DNA of 64,000 bases. Origin: Planktothrix sp. GU0601_MAG3 (GTDB lineage: Bacteria; Cyanobacteriota; Cyanobacteriia; Cyanobacteriales; Microcoleaceae). Numbering within the stretch: position 1 is the first letter of the stretch; every line of letters starts with the position of its first letter. The translations under genes and the position numbers were made by a program. Below the pieces are notes generated by a model. That model saw nothing but the letters and a program-made list of their open reading frames with translations. It was not told the origin of the DNA and ran no database searches. Below, piece after piece: positions 12,252 through 25,316 of this stretch. The stretch lies in contig CP136572.1 in NCBI GenBank assembly GCA_035193785.1, positions 4,436,578 to 4,500,577 of the forward strand, in the 5' to 3' direction.

Positions 12252-13412
12252 ATGACTAACGTTGATCAGAAAGTTCCCCTTTGGCGAGATGAAAGATTTT
12301 GGCGAATTGCCTTACAGGTTTTGGTGATTTTGATTGTAGTTAGTGTATTTGCCCTTTTGGGAGGAAACCTAACTCGAAATCTGAGCAAAACTGGTAGTGG
12401 TTTTGGCTTTGATTTTTTAGGCACATCGGCGGGATTTAATATTCTTGATAGTTTAATTCCCTATACTCCAACTGATCCTTATATTCTGGTTTTATTCGCT
12501 GGATTATTGAATTCTTTGCGGGTGATGTTTTTTGGGATTATTCTGACAACTTTATTAGGAATTACCGTTGGTATTGCCCGTTTTTCTGATAATTGGCTTT
12601 TGCGTAAATTATCGTTTATTTATGTAGAAATTGTTAGAAATACTCCCCTATTATTACAACTGGTTTTTTGGTATGGGGTTTTTGTGCAACTTCCGCCTAT
12701 CAAGGAAAGTTTCATATTTTTAAATTCTATTTTCTTTTCTAAGCAAGGAATTTTTATGCCTTGGCCGTCAGGAATGCAAGGAATAATTGGATTTGGGGTG
12801 TTATTGATTTGTGCGATCGCCACCCTAATTACCTGGAAAAAACGCACAAAAGTTATGATAGAAAGGGGAGAATCTGGACAACCTCAATTAATCAGTTTGG
12901 GAATTATTGGGATCATAGCTTTATTAATATTAACCATCGGATTAAATTGGCAAACTCCAATATTTAATTACACAACAAATAACATTGAAGGAGGATTACG
13001 ACTCACCATTGAATTTACCACACTTTTAGTCGGTTTAGTAGTTTATACGGCGGCTTATATTGCCGAAATTGTGCGGTCGGGAATTCAATCTGTTTCCAAA
13101 GGTCAATGGGAAGCGGCGAGATCCTTGGGCTTACAATCGAGTTTAGTCATGCAGTTAGTCGTATTTCCTCAAGCCCTGCGGGTGATTATACCTCCTTTAA
13201 ATAGTCAATATTTAAACTTAGTAAAAAACTCCAGTTTAGCGATCGCCGTTGCCTATGCTGATATCTATAATGTTTCCACCACTACTTTCAATCAAACGGG
13301 AAAAGCGATTGAAGTCATGTTAATTATTATGGGAACTTACCTGACCATTAATTTATTAATTTCCTTAGCAATGAACCAATTAAACCGCAGTGTTCAGTTA
13401 CGAGAAAGATAA
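12252..13412 (+). CDS. Amino-acid ABC transporter permease (AapQ/NatG-like)
   Basis: RNTPLLLQL, AEIVRSGI..V..GQWEAARSLG, KNSSLA. Confidence 0.92.
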   Translation: MTNVDQKVPLWRDERFWRIALQVLVILIVVSVFALLGGNLTRNLSKTGSGFGFDFLGTSAGFNILDSLIPYTPTDPYILVLFAGLLNSLRVMFFGIILTTLLGITVGIARFSDNWLLRKLSFIYVEIVRNTPLLLQLVFWYGVFVQLPPIKESFIFLNSIFFSKQGIFMPWPSGMQGIIGFGVLLICAIATLITWKKRTKVMIERGESGQPQLISLGIIGIIALLILTIGLNWQTPIFNYTTNNIEGGLRLTIEFTTLLVGLVVYTAAYIAEIVRSGIQSVSKGQWEAARSLGLQSSLVMQLVVFPQALRVIIPPLNSQYLNLVKNSSLAIAVAYADIYNVSTTTFNQTGKAIEVMLIIMGTYLTINLLISLAMNQLNRSVQLRER

Positions 13413-14254
13413 ATTAATCATCAATAAAATCACCTCCAATCTTTTTCCGAATCAAACACTGATTGAGAATATTTTTAATATGATCAACTACAATATTAGT
13501 CTGTTCTACCATAGCTAAATGCCCACAATTGTCAATTTCAATCACATTATTATCCCCCTGACGAAATAGCCAATGAAAGCTGGCTAAATGGCGAACATAT
13601 TGCGGTTCCATAATCAAGTCTTGTCGTCCTGCGATAAAATAAACGGGTTGCCCGAGTCGGGAAACTACCTGCGGTAAACGGTGAACTTCGGTTTCGGTGG
13701 TGGAATCTAATAATGCCCCCAATGCGGCTTCGGGACAAGCTATAACAAAATCAATTAACCTTTGTCGTCCCCACCGTTGGTTGATAGGACAAGAAACTTG
13801 AGCACGAGTAAAGATTAAATCCAATAGCGGTAAATAACATAACCATCGGGGGCGGAATTTCACAATTTTTTCTCCCACGGAACGAAATTTATCAAATTCT
13901 TCTTTCAGGTAAATTCCCCCCCCGGCATTAATACAAATCACGCCCTTCACCTGTTCCGATAGTTTATCCGCCCCTAACAAGGCTATCGTCCCACCGAGGG
14001 AATGACCCACTAACCAGGCATTTTTGATATTCAGGGTTTGTAATAAAATCGCTAAATCTTCGGCGTAGGAAATGGGGGTATAAATGGCTTGTGATGGGTT
14101 TCCCGCCAACAATTGAGAATTCCCAAATCCCCGTAAATCGTAGGACAAACATTGATATTCGGGGGCTAACAGGTCAATGACGGGTTGCCAATAGTGACGA
14201 CTTAGCATCCACCCATGAATAAACACCAGCACACCACCCGATGAAGTTGGTGAT

Positions 14255-17384
<3,130 letters not shown>

Positions 17385-17491
17385 GGCTCATTGTATTATA
17401 AAACTTCACTGAGAATATGGTCAGATCTAGTTAAATCTGCTATGTCATAGCTTTTTTAGTCTAACTAATGTCATTCTACCCATCCCTAATT

Positions 17492-18655
17492 TTATTGATA
17501 AAACATTTTATTTGCTGGCAAATTACACTCAAGTTGTATGGGTTCAAAATCGTTAATCAGACGAACTGTAATCAAACAACCATCTTCAAATTTTATAGCA
17601 GTCAAATAATAACAGCCCTGATCTGGGTCATTTTCCCAACAAAATTTCCCCTCAATTTCTTCTCCCCTCTCAACTAAATCAATCAGGGAATCAAACATAT
17701 TAGGAATTAGTTGATTGAGCAAATTTTTGGGGACGATCTTACCAATAAGATCTTCTCGTTTTTGATCCCAAAATTTAAGAAATATAGGATTAATTACCAA
17801 ACACTGAAAATCATTAATTTCTTTAGTGAGTATATCTCTTATCGCTTGCAGGGCAAGAATTCCATCTTTAGAAACATTTAATAAGTTAGCCAATAAAGAA
17901 CGAGACTGATAAAACATTTCTGCCGTTTGTTGATGGTGTTCAATTTGCTTTTTCAACTCTTTTTTTTGTTGTTGGATAGTGAGTTGAGTTTGTACGCGAG
18001 CAACAAATTCTTCGGGCTCACAGAGCTTGGTAATATAATCAACTCCGCCCATTTGAAAAGCTTTTAATCTATTGGAAACTTGATCAAACGCACTTAAGAA
18101 GATGATCGGAATTTCTGAAGTTGATTGATCAGCTTTTAGGGCTTCGCAAACTTGATAACCGTCCATTTCTGGCATAAAAATATCGAGTAATATCAGATCA
18201 GGATGAGTCTTTTGGACGGTTCTTAATGCCATTTTCCCACTGGTCACACCTTGGACTCTATATCCAAATTCCTCTAATACTTCTGTTAATAATTGTAAGC
18301 TTTCTATAAGATCGTCAACAATTAAGATCTTGGGTTTGGGGTCTGGAATTTTATCAATATTAATTGCTGTGATTGTTTCTTGATAAGATTGGGGTGTGTC
18401 ACCAAGCACTTCCATCACCCGCCGAAAGTTATTCTTGGTGATTTTTTCCCCAAAGATATGTGAAAGACGCAGCCATAAAAGGGAAGCTAAATCTTTAATA
18501 TGACCGACGCTCAGATATAAGCTATCAGCTAGGTTGCTGTAGGTTTCTTTTTCCCAGGCAGCTTTGAGGATTTCTTTTTCTGAAGCGGTCAGTTGTTTAG
18601 CTGTTTTGGAATCTAGGGCAGCTTCAAGAAATTTTAGGGTTTCTTCAAAGGTCAT
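17492..18655 (-). CDS. Response regulator: N-terminal HTH-like domain, receiver domain, C-terminal PAS-like domain (copy 1)
   Basis: KILIVDD, PDLILLDIFMP, DYITK; N-terminal 'ETYSNLADSLYLSVGHIKD..LW..LS..GEKITKNNF' HTH-like segment. Confidence 0.85.
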   Translation of the reverse strand: MTFEETLKFLEAALDSKTAKQLTASEKEILKAAWEKETYSNLADSLYLSVGHIKDLASLLWLRLSHIFGEKITKNNFRRVMEVLGDTPQSYQETITAINIDKIPDPKPKILIVDDLIESLQLLTEVLEEFGYRVQGVTSGKMALRTVQKTHPDLILLDIFMPEMDGYQVCEALKADQSTSEIPIIFLSAFDQVSNRLKAFQMGGVDYITKLCEPEEFVARVQTQLTIQQQKKELKKQIEHHQQTAEMFYQSRSLLANLLNVSKDGILALQAIRDILTKEINDFQCLVINPIFLKFWDQKREDLIGKIVPKNLLNQLIPNMFDSLIDLVERGEEIEGKFCWENDPDQGCYYLTAIKFEDGCLITVRLINDFEPIQLECNLPANKMFYQ

Positions 18656-18748
18656 GATCGTTTCAGAGTGATCTGGTTTTTTATGGTTGCACCTAGTTGC
18701 ATTATATTTTACTTCTCAACTAATGTCAGTGACTAAGGAATCTAAAAA

Positions 18749-18815
18749 TCCGACTTTTCCGACTTTAAATATCCAACTTTTCCGACTGACAACAGTAGGG
18801 GCGAGGGTTCATAAT
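18749..18815 (+). promoter_or_regulatory. 9-bp TCCGACTTT direct repeats abutting a sigma70-like promoter (CTGACA-N18-CATAAT)
   Basis: conserved with the paralogous region at 20943-21027. Confidence 0.6.
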
Positions 18816-19073
18816 TAAGGTAAAGAAGGAGTGCAGTTGAAAAAACCTCACTAGGTAGTTGTAAATCAATCGAGTTAACAAGTAAAGACAAACTATTAAG
18901 CTTGTTTGCAGAAATCAGAAGCCAGAAGCCAGAGGCTAGAAGTTGTTACAACATCTAATTCCAATTAGAAGGGTTTTCCGTTTAATTCTTCCTACCTACT
19001 TAGTCCATGTTCCTGCACCGTAAATTAGGGTGATCTTCAACAACCTGATGTTTACTTTGGTAGGTGTAGAAAA

Positions 19074-19491
19074 ATGATTGTCCGTCATTTTGCCTTAGTT
19101 AGCAGCCTTGTTGTGCTGAGTTCTTTGGGATTTTCTACCGTGGCCCGTGCCGGTGAAGGAGGTGTGGCGGGTTTCTGCTGCTTTCACCGTTGTTAACGGG
19201 AAAGTTACGGGTGTAGCGGTTTCGGCTGCTGTCGGTAAAGAAAATGCTATGGCCCATGCTTTCAACTACAATGGCATCAATGACAATGGTTTACAGAACT
19301 CAGCTTTTGCTTTGGGTGCTGCGGGTACCGTCTATTTAACCGGTCTTGGCGACCCGATTGGCGGAACCATCACCACCGCACCAGACACTAATCTCGGTGC
19401 TACCCAAGGCAACAGCTTCACAACAGGCTACAGCATCCAACTGGGTACTGCTAGTGGTGATGTTGTGAATCGGGTTCCCGCCGCTCCCTAG
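19074..19491 (+). CDS. Small secreted Gly/Ala/Thr-rich protein, copy 1 (apparent frameshift at ~19171)
   Basis: signal peptide ending VARA; mature GEGGVAGSAAF...; paralogue of 21261..21665. Confidence 0.8.
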
Positions 19492-19643
19492 AACTATTGT
19501 GAATTGTTAATGGGGAATTTGACCCAGCAATTCCTTGAATTTTATTTTCTCTGGGATCTGACTTGAGGATCTCAGCGACTCTCGGAGCGGGTAGTCAGCA
19601 GAGATCCTCTTTCGGTGCGTAGGTAGGGATAACTAAACCCGCC

Positions 19644-20810
19644 CTAAGCTGAAATGGTCTTATTATTTGCTGGCAAATTACACTCAAGTTGTACAGGTTC
19701 AAAATTGTTAATCAGACGAACTGTAATTAAACAACCATCTTCAAATTTTATAGCAGTTAAATAATAGCAGCCCTGATCTGGGTCATTTTCCCAACAAAAT
19801 TTTCCCTCGATTTCTTCTCCCCTCTCAACTAAATTGATCAGGTAATCAAACATATTAGGAGTTAGTTGGTTGAGCAAATTTTGGGGGACGATCTTACCAG
19901 TGAGATCTTCTCGTTTTTGATCCCAAAATTTAAGAAATATAGGATTAATTACCAAACACTGAAAATCATTGATTTTTTCGGTAAGCACGTCCCTGACTGC
20001 CTGTAGGGCAATAATTCCATCTTTAGAAACATTTAATAAGTTAGCCAATAAAGAACGAGACTGATAGAAGATTTCTGCCAGTTGTTGGTGGTATTCTATT
20101 TGCCTTTTCAACTCTTTTTTTTGTTGTTGAATGGTGAGTTGGGTTTGTACGCGAGCCACAACTTCTTCTGGATAAAATGGTTTAGTAATATAATCAACTC
20201 CGCCCATTTCAAAAGCTTTTAATCTATTGGAAACTTGATCAAATGCACTTAAGAAAATGATCGGAATTCCCGAAGTTACTTGATCCGCTTTTAGGACTTG
20301 GCAGACTTGATAACCGTTTATTTCCGGCATTAAAATATCAAGTAAAATCAGATCAGGATGAATCTGGTTGATTGTTTTTAATGCCATTTTTCCATTCCTG
20401 ACACATCGAACTATATATCCAAATTTCTCTAATAATTTTGTTAATAATCCTAGGTTTTCGACAAGATCGTCAACAATTAAGATACTGGGTTTGGGGTCTT
20501 GAATTTCATCAGTATTATTTTCTTCTATGGTTTCCTCAGAATTTTGAGGTGTGCCACAAAGCACTTCCATTACCCGTCGAAAGTTATTCTTAGTGATTTT
20601 TTCCCCGAAAATATTTGAAAGGCGCATCCATAAAAGGGAAGCCAAATCTTTAACATAGCCAGCACTAAGGTACAAACTATCAGCCAGGTTACTGTAAGTT
20701 TCCTTGTTCCAGGCAGCTTTGAGGATTTCTTTTTCCGAAGCAGTCAGTTGTTTGGCCGTTTTGGAATCTAGGGTAGCCTGAACGAATTCGAGGGCCTCTT
20801 GAAAGTCCAT
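19644..20810 (-). CDS. Response regulator HTH-REC-PAS-like (copy 2)
   Basis: close paralogue of 17492..18655; start chosen by comparison with it. Confidence 0.85.
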   Translation of the reverse strand: MDFQEALEFVQATLDSKTAKQLTASEKEILKAAWNKETYSNLADSLYLSAGYVKDLASLLWMRLSNIFGEKITKNNFRRVMEVLCGTPQNSEETIEENNTDEIQDPKPSILIVDDLVENLGLLTKLLEKFGYIVRCVRNGKMALKTINQIHPDLILLDILMPEINGYQVCQVLKADQVTSGIPIIFLSAFDQVSNRLKAFEMGGVDYITKPFYPEEVVARVQTQLTIQQQKKELKRQIEYHQQLAEIFYQSRSLLANLLNVSKDGIIALQAVRDVLTEKINDFQCLVINPIFLKFWDQKREDLTGKIVPQNLLNQLTPNMFDYLINLVERGEEIEGKFCWENDPDQGCYYLTAIKFEDGCLITVRLINNFEPVQLECNLPANNKTISA

Positions 20811-20942
20811 GATGATTTGGGAGTTATCTGGTTTTTGGTAGTCGGGATGCAATTACTTACATGACCAAAGTTGAGTTTAGTATTCAGTATGATCACGTTA
20901 GTGTCTGAAATCATATACTACCCTAGCCAAAGAATCTAACGA

Positions 20943-21027
20943 TCCGACTTTTCCGACTTTTCCGACTTTTCCGACTTTAAAAATCCGACTTTTCCGATTG
21001 ACAAGAGCGGGGGCGAGAGTTCATAAT
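20943..21027 (+). promoter_or_regulatory. (TCCGACTTT) x4 + x2 direct repeats overlapping a TTGACA-N18-CATAAT promoter
   Basis: read directly; TTGACA at 20998-21003, CATAAT at 21022-21027. Confidence 0.65.
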
Positions 21028-21260
21028 CAAGCTAAGGGAAGGGTGCAGTCAAAAGGTTCCAATCAGATCACAAGTCAACATTAATCAATCTTGGCATTGG
21101 GAGTAGGTAAAGAAGTCCGAACTGTTACAACATTTAGTTACGGCTTAAGGAGTTTTCTGTCGAATTCCCTCCATCTACTCCATCTGCTCAATATGTGTGG
21201 CTGCATCCCGAATCAGGTGATCTTCAAAAATTCTGTCTTTTGCTTATTAGGTATAAAATT

Positions 21261-21665
21261 ATGATCCGTCGTTTTGCGATAGTTAGTAGCCTCGTTGTGC
21301 TAGGTTCTTTGGGATTGTCCACCGTCGCTCGTGCTGGTGAAGGTGGTGTGGCAGGTTCCGCTGCTTTCACCGTTGTTGCAGATAAAGTTACGGGTGTAGC
21401 GGTTTCGGCGGCTGTGGGTAAGGAAAATGCTATGGCCAATGCTTTCAACTACGATGGTAACAATCCCAATGGTTTACAGAACTCGGCTTTTTCCTTGGGT
21501 ACGGCGGGAACAATCAGTCTACTCGGTCTAGGTGATCCGGCAGGCTTTAACCTCAATACCGTCGAAGACACCGCTCGCGGTGTCGCTCAAATCAACGAAT
21601 TCGTTAACGGGTACACGATCGAACTGGGTACTATTAGTGGGGATGTTTTGGGTACGGCTCCCTAG
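21261..21665 (+). CDS. Small secreted Gly/Ala/Thr-rich protein, copy 2
   Basis: MIRRFAIVSSLVVLGSLGLSTVARA signal peptide; GEGGVAGSAAFTV..VTGVAVSAAVGKENAMA. Confidence 0.85.
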   Translation: MIRRFAIVSSLVVLGSLGLSTVARAGEGGVAGSAAFTVVADKVTGVAVSAAVGKENAMANAFNYDGNNPNGLQNSAFSLGTAGTISLLGLGDPAGFNLNTVEDTARGVAQINEFVNGYTIELGTISGDVLGTAP

Positions 21666-21862
21666 AACTATTGTAAATTGTTAATTGGGAATTTGACCCA
21701 GCAATTTATTGAATTTTATTTTTTCTCGGATCTGACTTGAGGATCTCGGCGACTCTCAGAGCGAGCAGTCAGCAGAGATCCTCTTTCAGTGTGTAGGTAG
21801 GGATAACTTTATGCCGACGCCGGGATAGATACTTTTGTTCTAGCTTGATTTCTAGCTTCTTA

Positions 21863-21970
21863 GACCCCCCTACTTATTAAGGGGGGAACTGGATTTTCAA
21901 AGTCATTCCTGTCAAGGGGGAACTGCATTTCAACGTCCCCTTTTTTTAGGGGGATTTAGGGGGATCTAAT
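21863..21970. repeat. C-rich/G-rich palindromic REP-like element (CCCCCC..AAGGGGGG; TTAGGGGGATCT)
   Basis: related copies at ~25015-25093, ~43809-43841 and ~50446-50509/51936-51962. Confidence 0.7.
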
Positions 21971-22070
21971 CTCATTTTTAAAGCCGGAATTTTCTGGCTA
22001 CCCACTGCATATAGGCTTTTTGTTCGCAACAATTATATTAACTAACCTCGAAATTACCCAGAACAAACCT

Positions 22071-22899
22071 ATGACCAATCGTAATGCAAAAACCTTAAAT
22101 TCCACCCCGACAATTGTTTTTATTGATGCCGGAGTAGACAATGCCCAGCAACTACTTCAGGGCGTTATTCCTAATGCCAAAGTCTTTATTTTAGATAAAA
22201 CCGCCGATGGTATTGAGCAGATTAGCCAAGTTTTAGGCCGATATCAGAATATTGATGCAGTTCATATTATTTCTCACGGTGCGCCCGGTTGTTTATCTCT
22301 AGGTAATACTCAACTAAGTTTAGATACCCTAATTCACTACACCCCCCAACTGCAACAATGGAATGTTAGTAACCTGCTCCTCTACGGTTGCAACGTAGCC
22401 ACAGGAGATGCTGGGGAAGAATTTATTACCCAGTTACAGGCCCTCACCGGGTCGGAAATTGCGGCGTCTAAGTCTGTGACTGGGAGTGCTGCTAAAGGGG
22501 GTAATTGGGAGTTAGAAGTTACTACAGGTCAAGCTAAGTTGACGGCAGCTTTTACCTCGGAAGTGATGACAAACTATCAGGGAATATTCCCAGATCCAGT
22601 CCTGGTCAAAGATAACAACAGCCCCACCAATATTGCCCTGAGTCCTAGCGGCATCAACGAAAACGTACCTGCTAACAGCAATATCGGGACGTCAGGATTC
22701 TATCTACCAGTTTCAAGATGGCATAGACCTAATTCAATTAAACGGTTTAGCCTTCGGTGATTTACTGATTACCCAAAGTGGTGCTAATACCCTAATTAAA
22801 CTATTAGCAACGCCATCAGTTGTCCTGGCATCTTTACAGAATATCAATTCCAGCTTAATTGGATCGGCTGATTTTGCTTCCGGTGCGCCCACTGCTTAA
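22071..22899 (+). pseudogene. Internally deleted DUF4347 / cadherin / RTX-type surface protein
   Basis: DUF4347 motifs (HIISHGAPG, LLLYGCNVA, GGNWELE); a cadherin repeat start is joined out of frame at ~22690 to a C-terminus nearly identical to 24762-24870. Confidence 0.75.
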
Positions 22900-23193
22900 A
22901 TGATCTAAATTCTGAGTTGTAATATTTTACCCAGGGGTTTGGTCTCCAAACCCCTTTTGTACTTGAGTTTATCAACTCAAATCCTACGGTTTTTTTTTAC
23001 AAATTATTTAGAATTGCCATATATAAATACCATTAATTTCTGTGCTACAATTGTCCCTATAGATACTCAAAGAAAAACTGTCAGCAACTCAATAAAACAA
23101 TCTCTCTCATTAATTCTTCGTCAATTGAAGAGAAGGAGAAATAGTAATCCTGAGCAACTTTGTCGTTAAACCTTTATTATATAGGATAAAAAA

Positions 23194-24969
23194 ATGCCAG
23201 CCATTAATTTAACTGCAACTACTTACACTCAAAACTTTAACACTTTAGCGAGCAGCGGGTCTACTAGCAGTTCTATGCCTACGGGGTGGGAGTTTTTGGA
23301 AACGGGAAGTAATGCCAATACAACCTACGGTATTAATAATGGAAGCCTGACCACGGGCAATACCTACAGCTATGGAGCGAATAGCAATACCGAAAGAAGC
23401 TTGGGGGGTTTGCCAACTGGGAACCTAACACCTTCCTGGGGAGTGAGTTTCACGAACAATACGGGGGGTGCCATTGGTTCATTAGCTATCAGTTATCGTG
23501 GTGAACAGTGGCGACTGGGTACGATAGGCCAAAACAATAAATTAGATTTTCAATACAGTTTAAATGCGACTTCTCTAGCGACTGGAACTTGGACAGATTT
23601 TAATTCCCTTGACTTTAGTTCACCCGTTAGAACTGGGACAGTCGGCCCTCTTAACGGCAATATCTCTCAAAATAATACCAACTTTTCAACAACAATCTCT
23701 GGGCTGAATATTGCCAACGGTCAAACATTCTATTTGCGCTGGCAAAATTCCGATATTCCAAATGCAGATAATGGTTTGGCTATTGATAATTTTGCCCTCA
23801 CCCCCAATGTCGCCCCCAGTGACCTTACCCTCAGCAACACCAGCATTAATGAAAATGTTGCAGATAACGTTGTCGGAAATTTCACTAGCACCGATGCCAA
23901 CACGGGTGATACCTTTAGTTACAGTTTAGTAGCGGGTACGGGGGATACCGATAACACCGCCTTTACTATTTCCAGTGGTCAACTGCTAATTAATGCCCCT
24001 CCCGACTTTGAGGCCCAGTCCACTTACGATATTCGGGTTCGCACAACCGATTCCACAGGACTGAGTTATGATAAGCCCTTGACGATTAAGATTAATGATG
24101 TTAACGAAACACCGACGGATCTTGGTCTTAGCCCTAGCAACGTGGATGAAAATGTTTTACTGAACACCATTGTCGGGAATTTCAGCAGCACCGACCCAGA
24201 CACAGGCGATACCTTTACTTACAGTTTAGTCACTGACCCAGCGTATCCCGATAACAGTGCGTTTACGATTTCTGCCAGTGGTCAACTGAAAACCAACACC
24301 GTCCTCGACTTTGAAACTAAGCTCACTTACAATATCCTGGTTCGCACCACCGATGCGGGGGGACTGAGTTACGATCAGCCCTTGACGGTTGATCTTAACG
24401 ATATTGATGAGTTTATCTATGGTACACCAAATAACGATCTTCTCCAAGGTACTGCTGGAAGCGACCAAATCAAAGGTTTAGCAGGTAGCGATCGCCTTTA
24501 CGGTAATGTCGGAAACGATACCATTGATGGCGGCGACGGTAATGATATTGTCTACGGGGGCAATAATAACGATTTGCTCAACGGTGGTAATGGTAGCGAT
24601 CGCCTTTATGGGGATGCGGGTAATGATGCCGTCTATGGCGATGCGGGCAACGATGTTCTCTATGGGGGCAACGGTGACGATCTCCTAGATGGCGGTGCGG
24701 GTAGCGATCTACTCTATGGGAATGGGGGAATTGATACTTTTGTCCTAGCATCAGGAATGGGTCAGGATTCCATCTACAATTTCCAAGATGGCATAGACAA
24801 AATTCAATTAAACGGTTTAGCTTTCGCTGATTTACTGATTACCCAAAGTGGTGCTAATACCCTAATTAAAGAGTTAGCAACGGGAGTCACTATTGGATCT
24901 TTAATTAACACAAGTTCAACCCTAATTGGTGCGGATGATTTTACTTTTAGCGAAAATCGATCAGTTTAA
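23194..24969 (+). CDS. Secreted cadherin-domain protein with RTX Ca2+-binding nonapeptides
   Basis: two cadherin-like repeats (DFE..STYDIRVRTTD, DVNE) and GGxGxDxLxG repeats. Confidence 0.88.
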   Translation: MPAINLTATTYTQNFNTLASSGSTSSSMPTGWEFLETGSNANTTYGINNGSLTTGNTYSYGANSNTERSLGGLPTGNLTPSWGVSFTNNTGGAIGSLAISYRGEQWRLGTIGQNNKLDFQYSLNATSLATGTWTDFNSLDFSSPVRTGTVGPLNGNISQNNTNFSTTISGLNIANGQTFYLRWQNSDIPNADNGLAIDNFALTPNVAPSDLTLSNTSINENVADNVVGNFTSTDANTGDTFSYSLVAGTGDTDNTAFTISSGQLLINAPPDFEAQSTYDIRVRTTDSTGLSYDKPLTIKINDVNETPTDLGLSPSNVDENVLLNTIVGNFSSTDPDTGDTFTYSLVTDPAYPDNSAFTISASGQLKTNTVLDFETKLTYNILVRTTDAGGLSYDQPLTVDLNDIDEFIYGTPNNDLLQGTAGSDQIKGLAGSDRLYGNVGNDTIDGGDGNDIVYGGNNNDLLNGGNGSDRLYGDAGNDAVYGDAGNDVLYGGNGDDLLDGGAGSDLLYGNGGIDTFVLASGMGQDSIYNFQDGIDKIQLNGLAFADLLITQSGANTLIKELATGVTIGSLINTSSTLIGADDFTFSENRSV

Positions 24970-25316
24970 CACAGGCTAGAAAACCGAAAGTTAGTTGATT
25001 TTTTCTAGTCTTTGATCCCCCCTAGCCCCCTTGGAAAAGGGGGGAACCGGATTTCAAAGTCCCCTTTTTTTAGGGGGATTTAGGGGGATCTAATCTCAGG
25101 GTATAATCGGCGGTTAGAAACTGTTAACTCATTTTTATAGTTTCCAGCGAGTGAGGACACTCACACTCCCACAAAATACTCCAATTATTGATCCTGTAAT
25201 TCCTAATTTATTTTAAATTTTAAGTCGGGGTATTTTAAATTATAAAAAACCCCGATATTAAGATTTTTTGCTGTATTTAATATAATATTAATCCTCGATT
25301 TTGTGACTTTCTAATC

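Noticed and set aside
22939..23169. 76-aa ORF upstream of the cadherin gene
   Set aside because: Non-ATG start, AT-rich intergenic composition and no recognisable motif.
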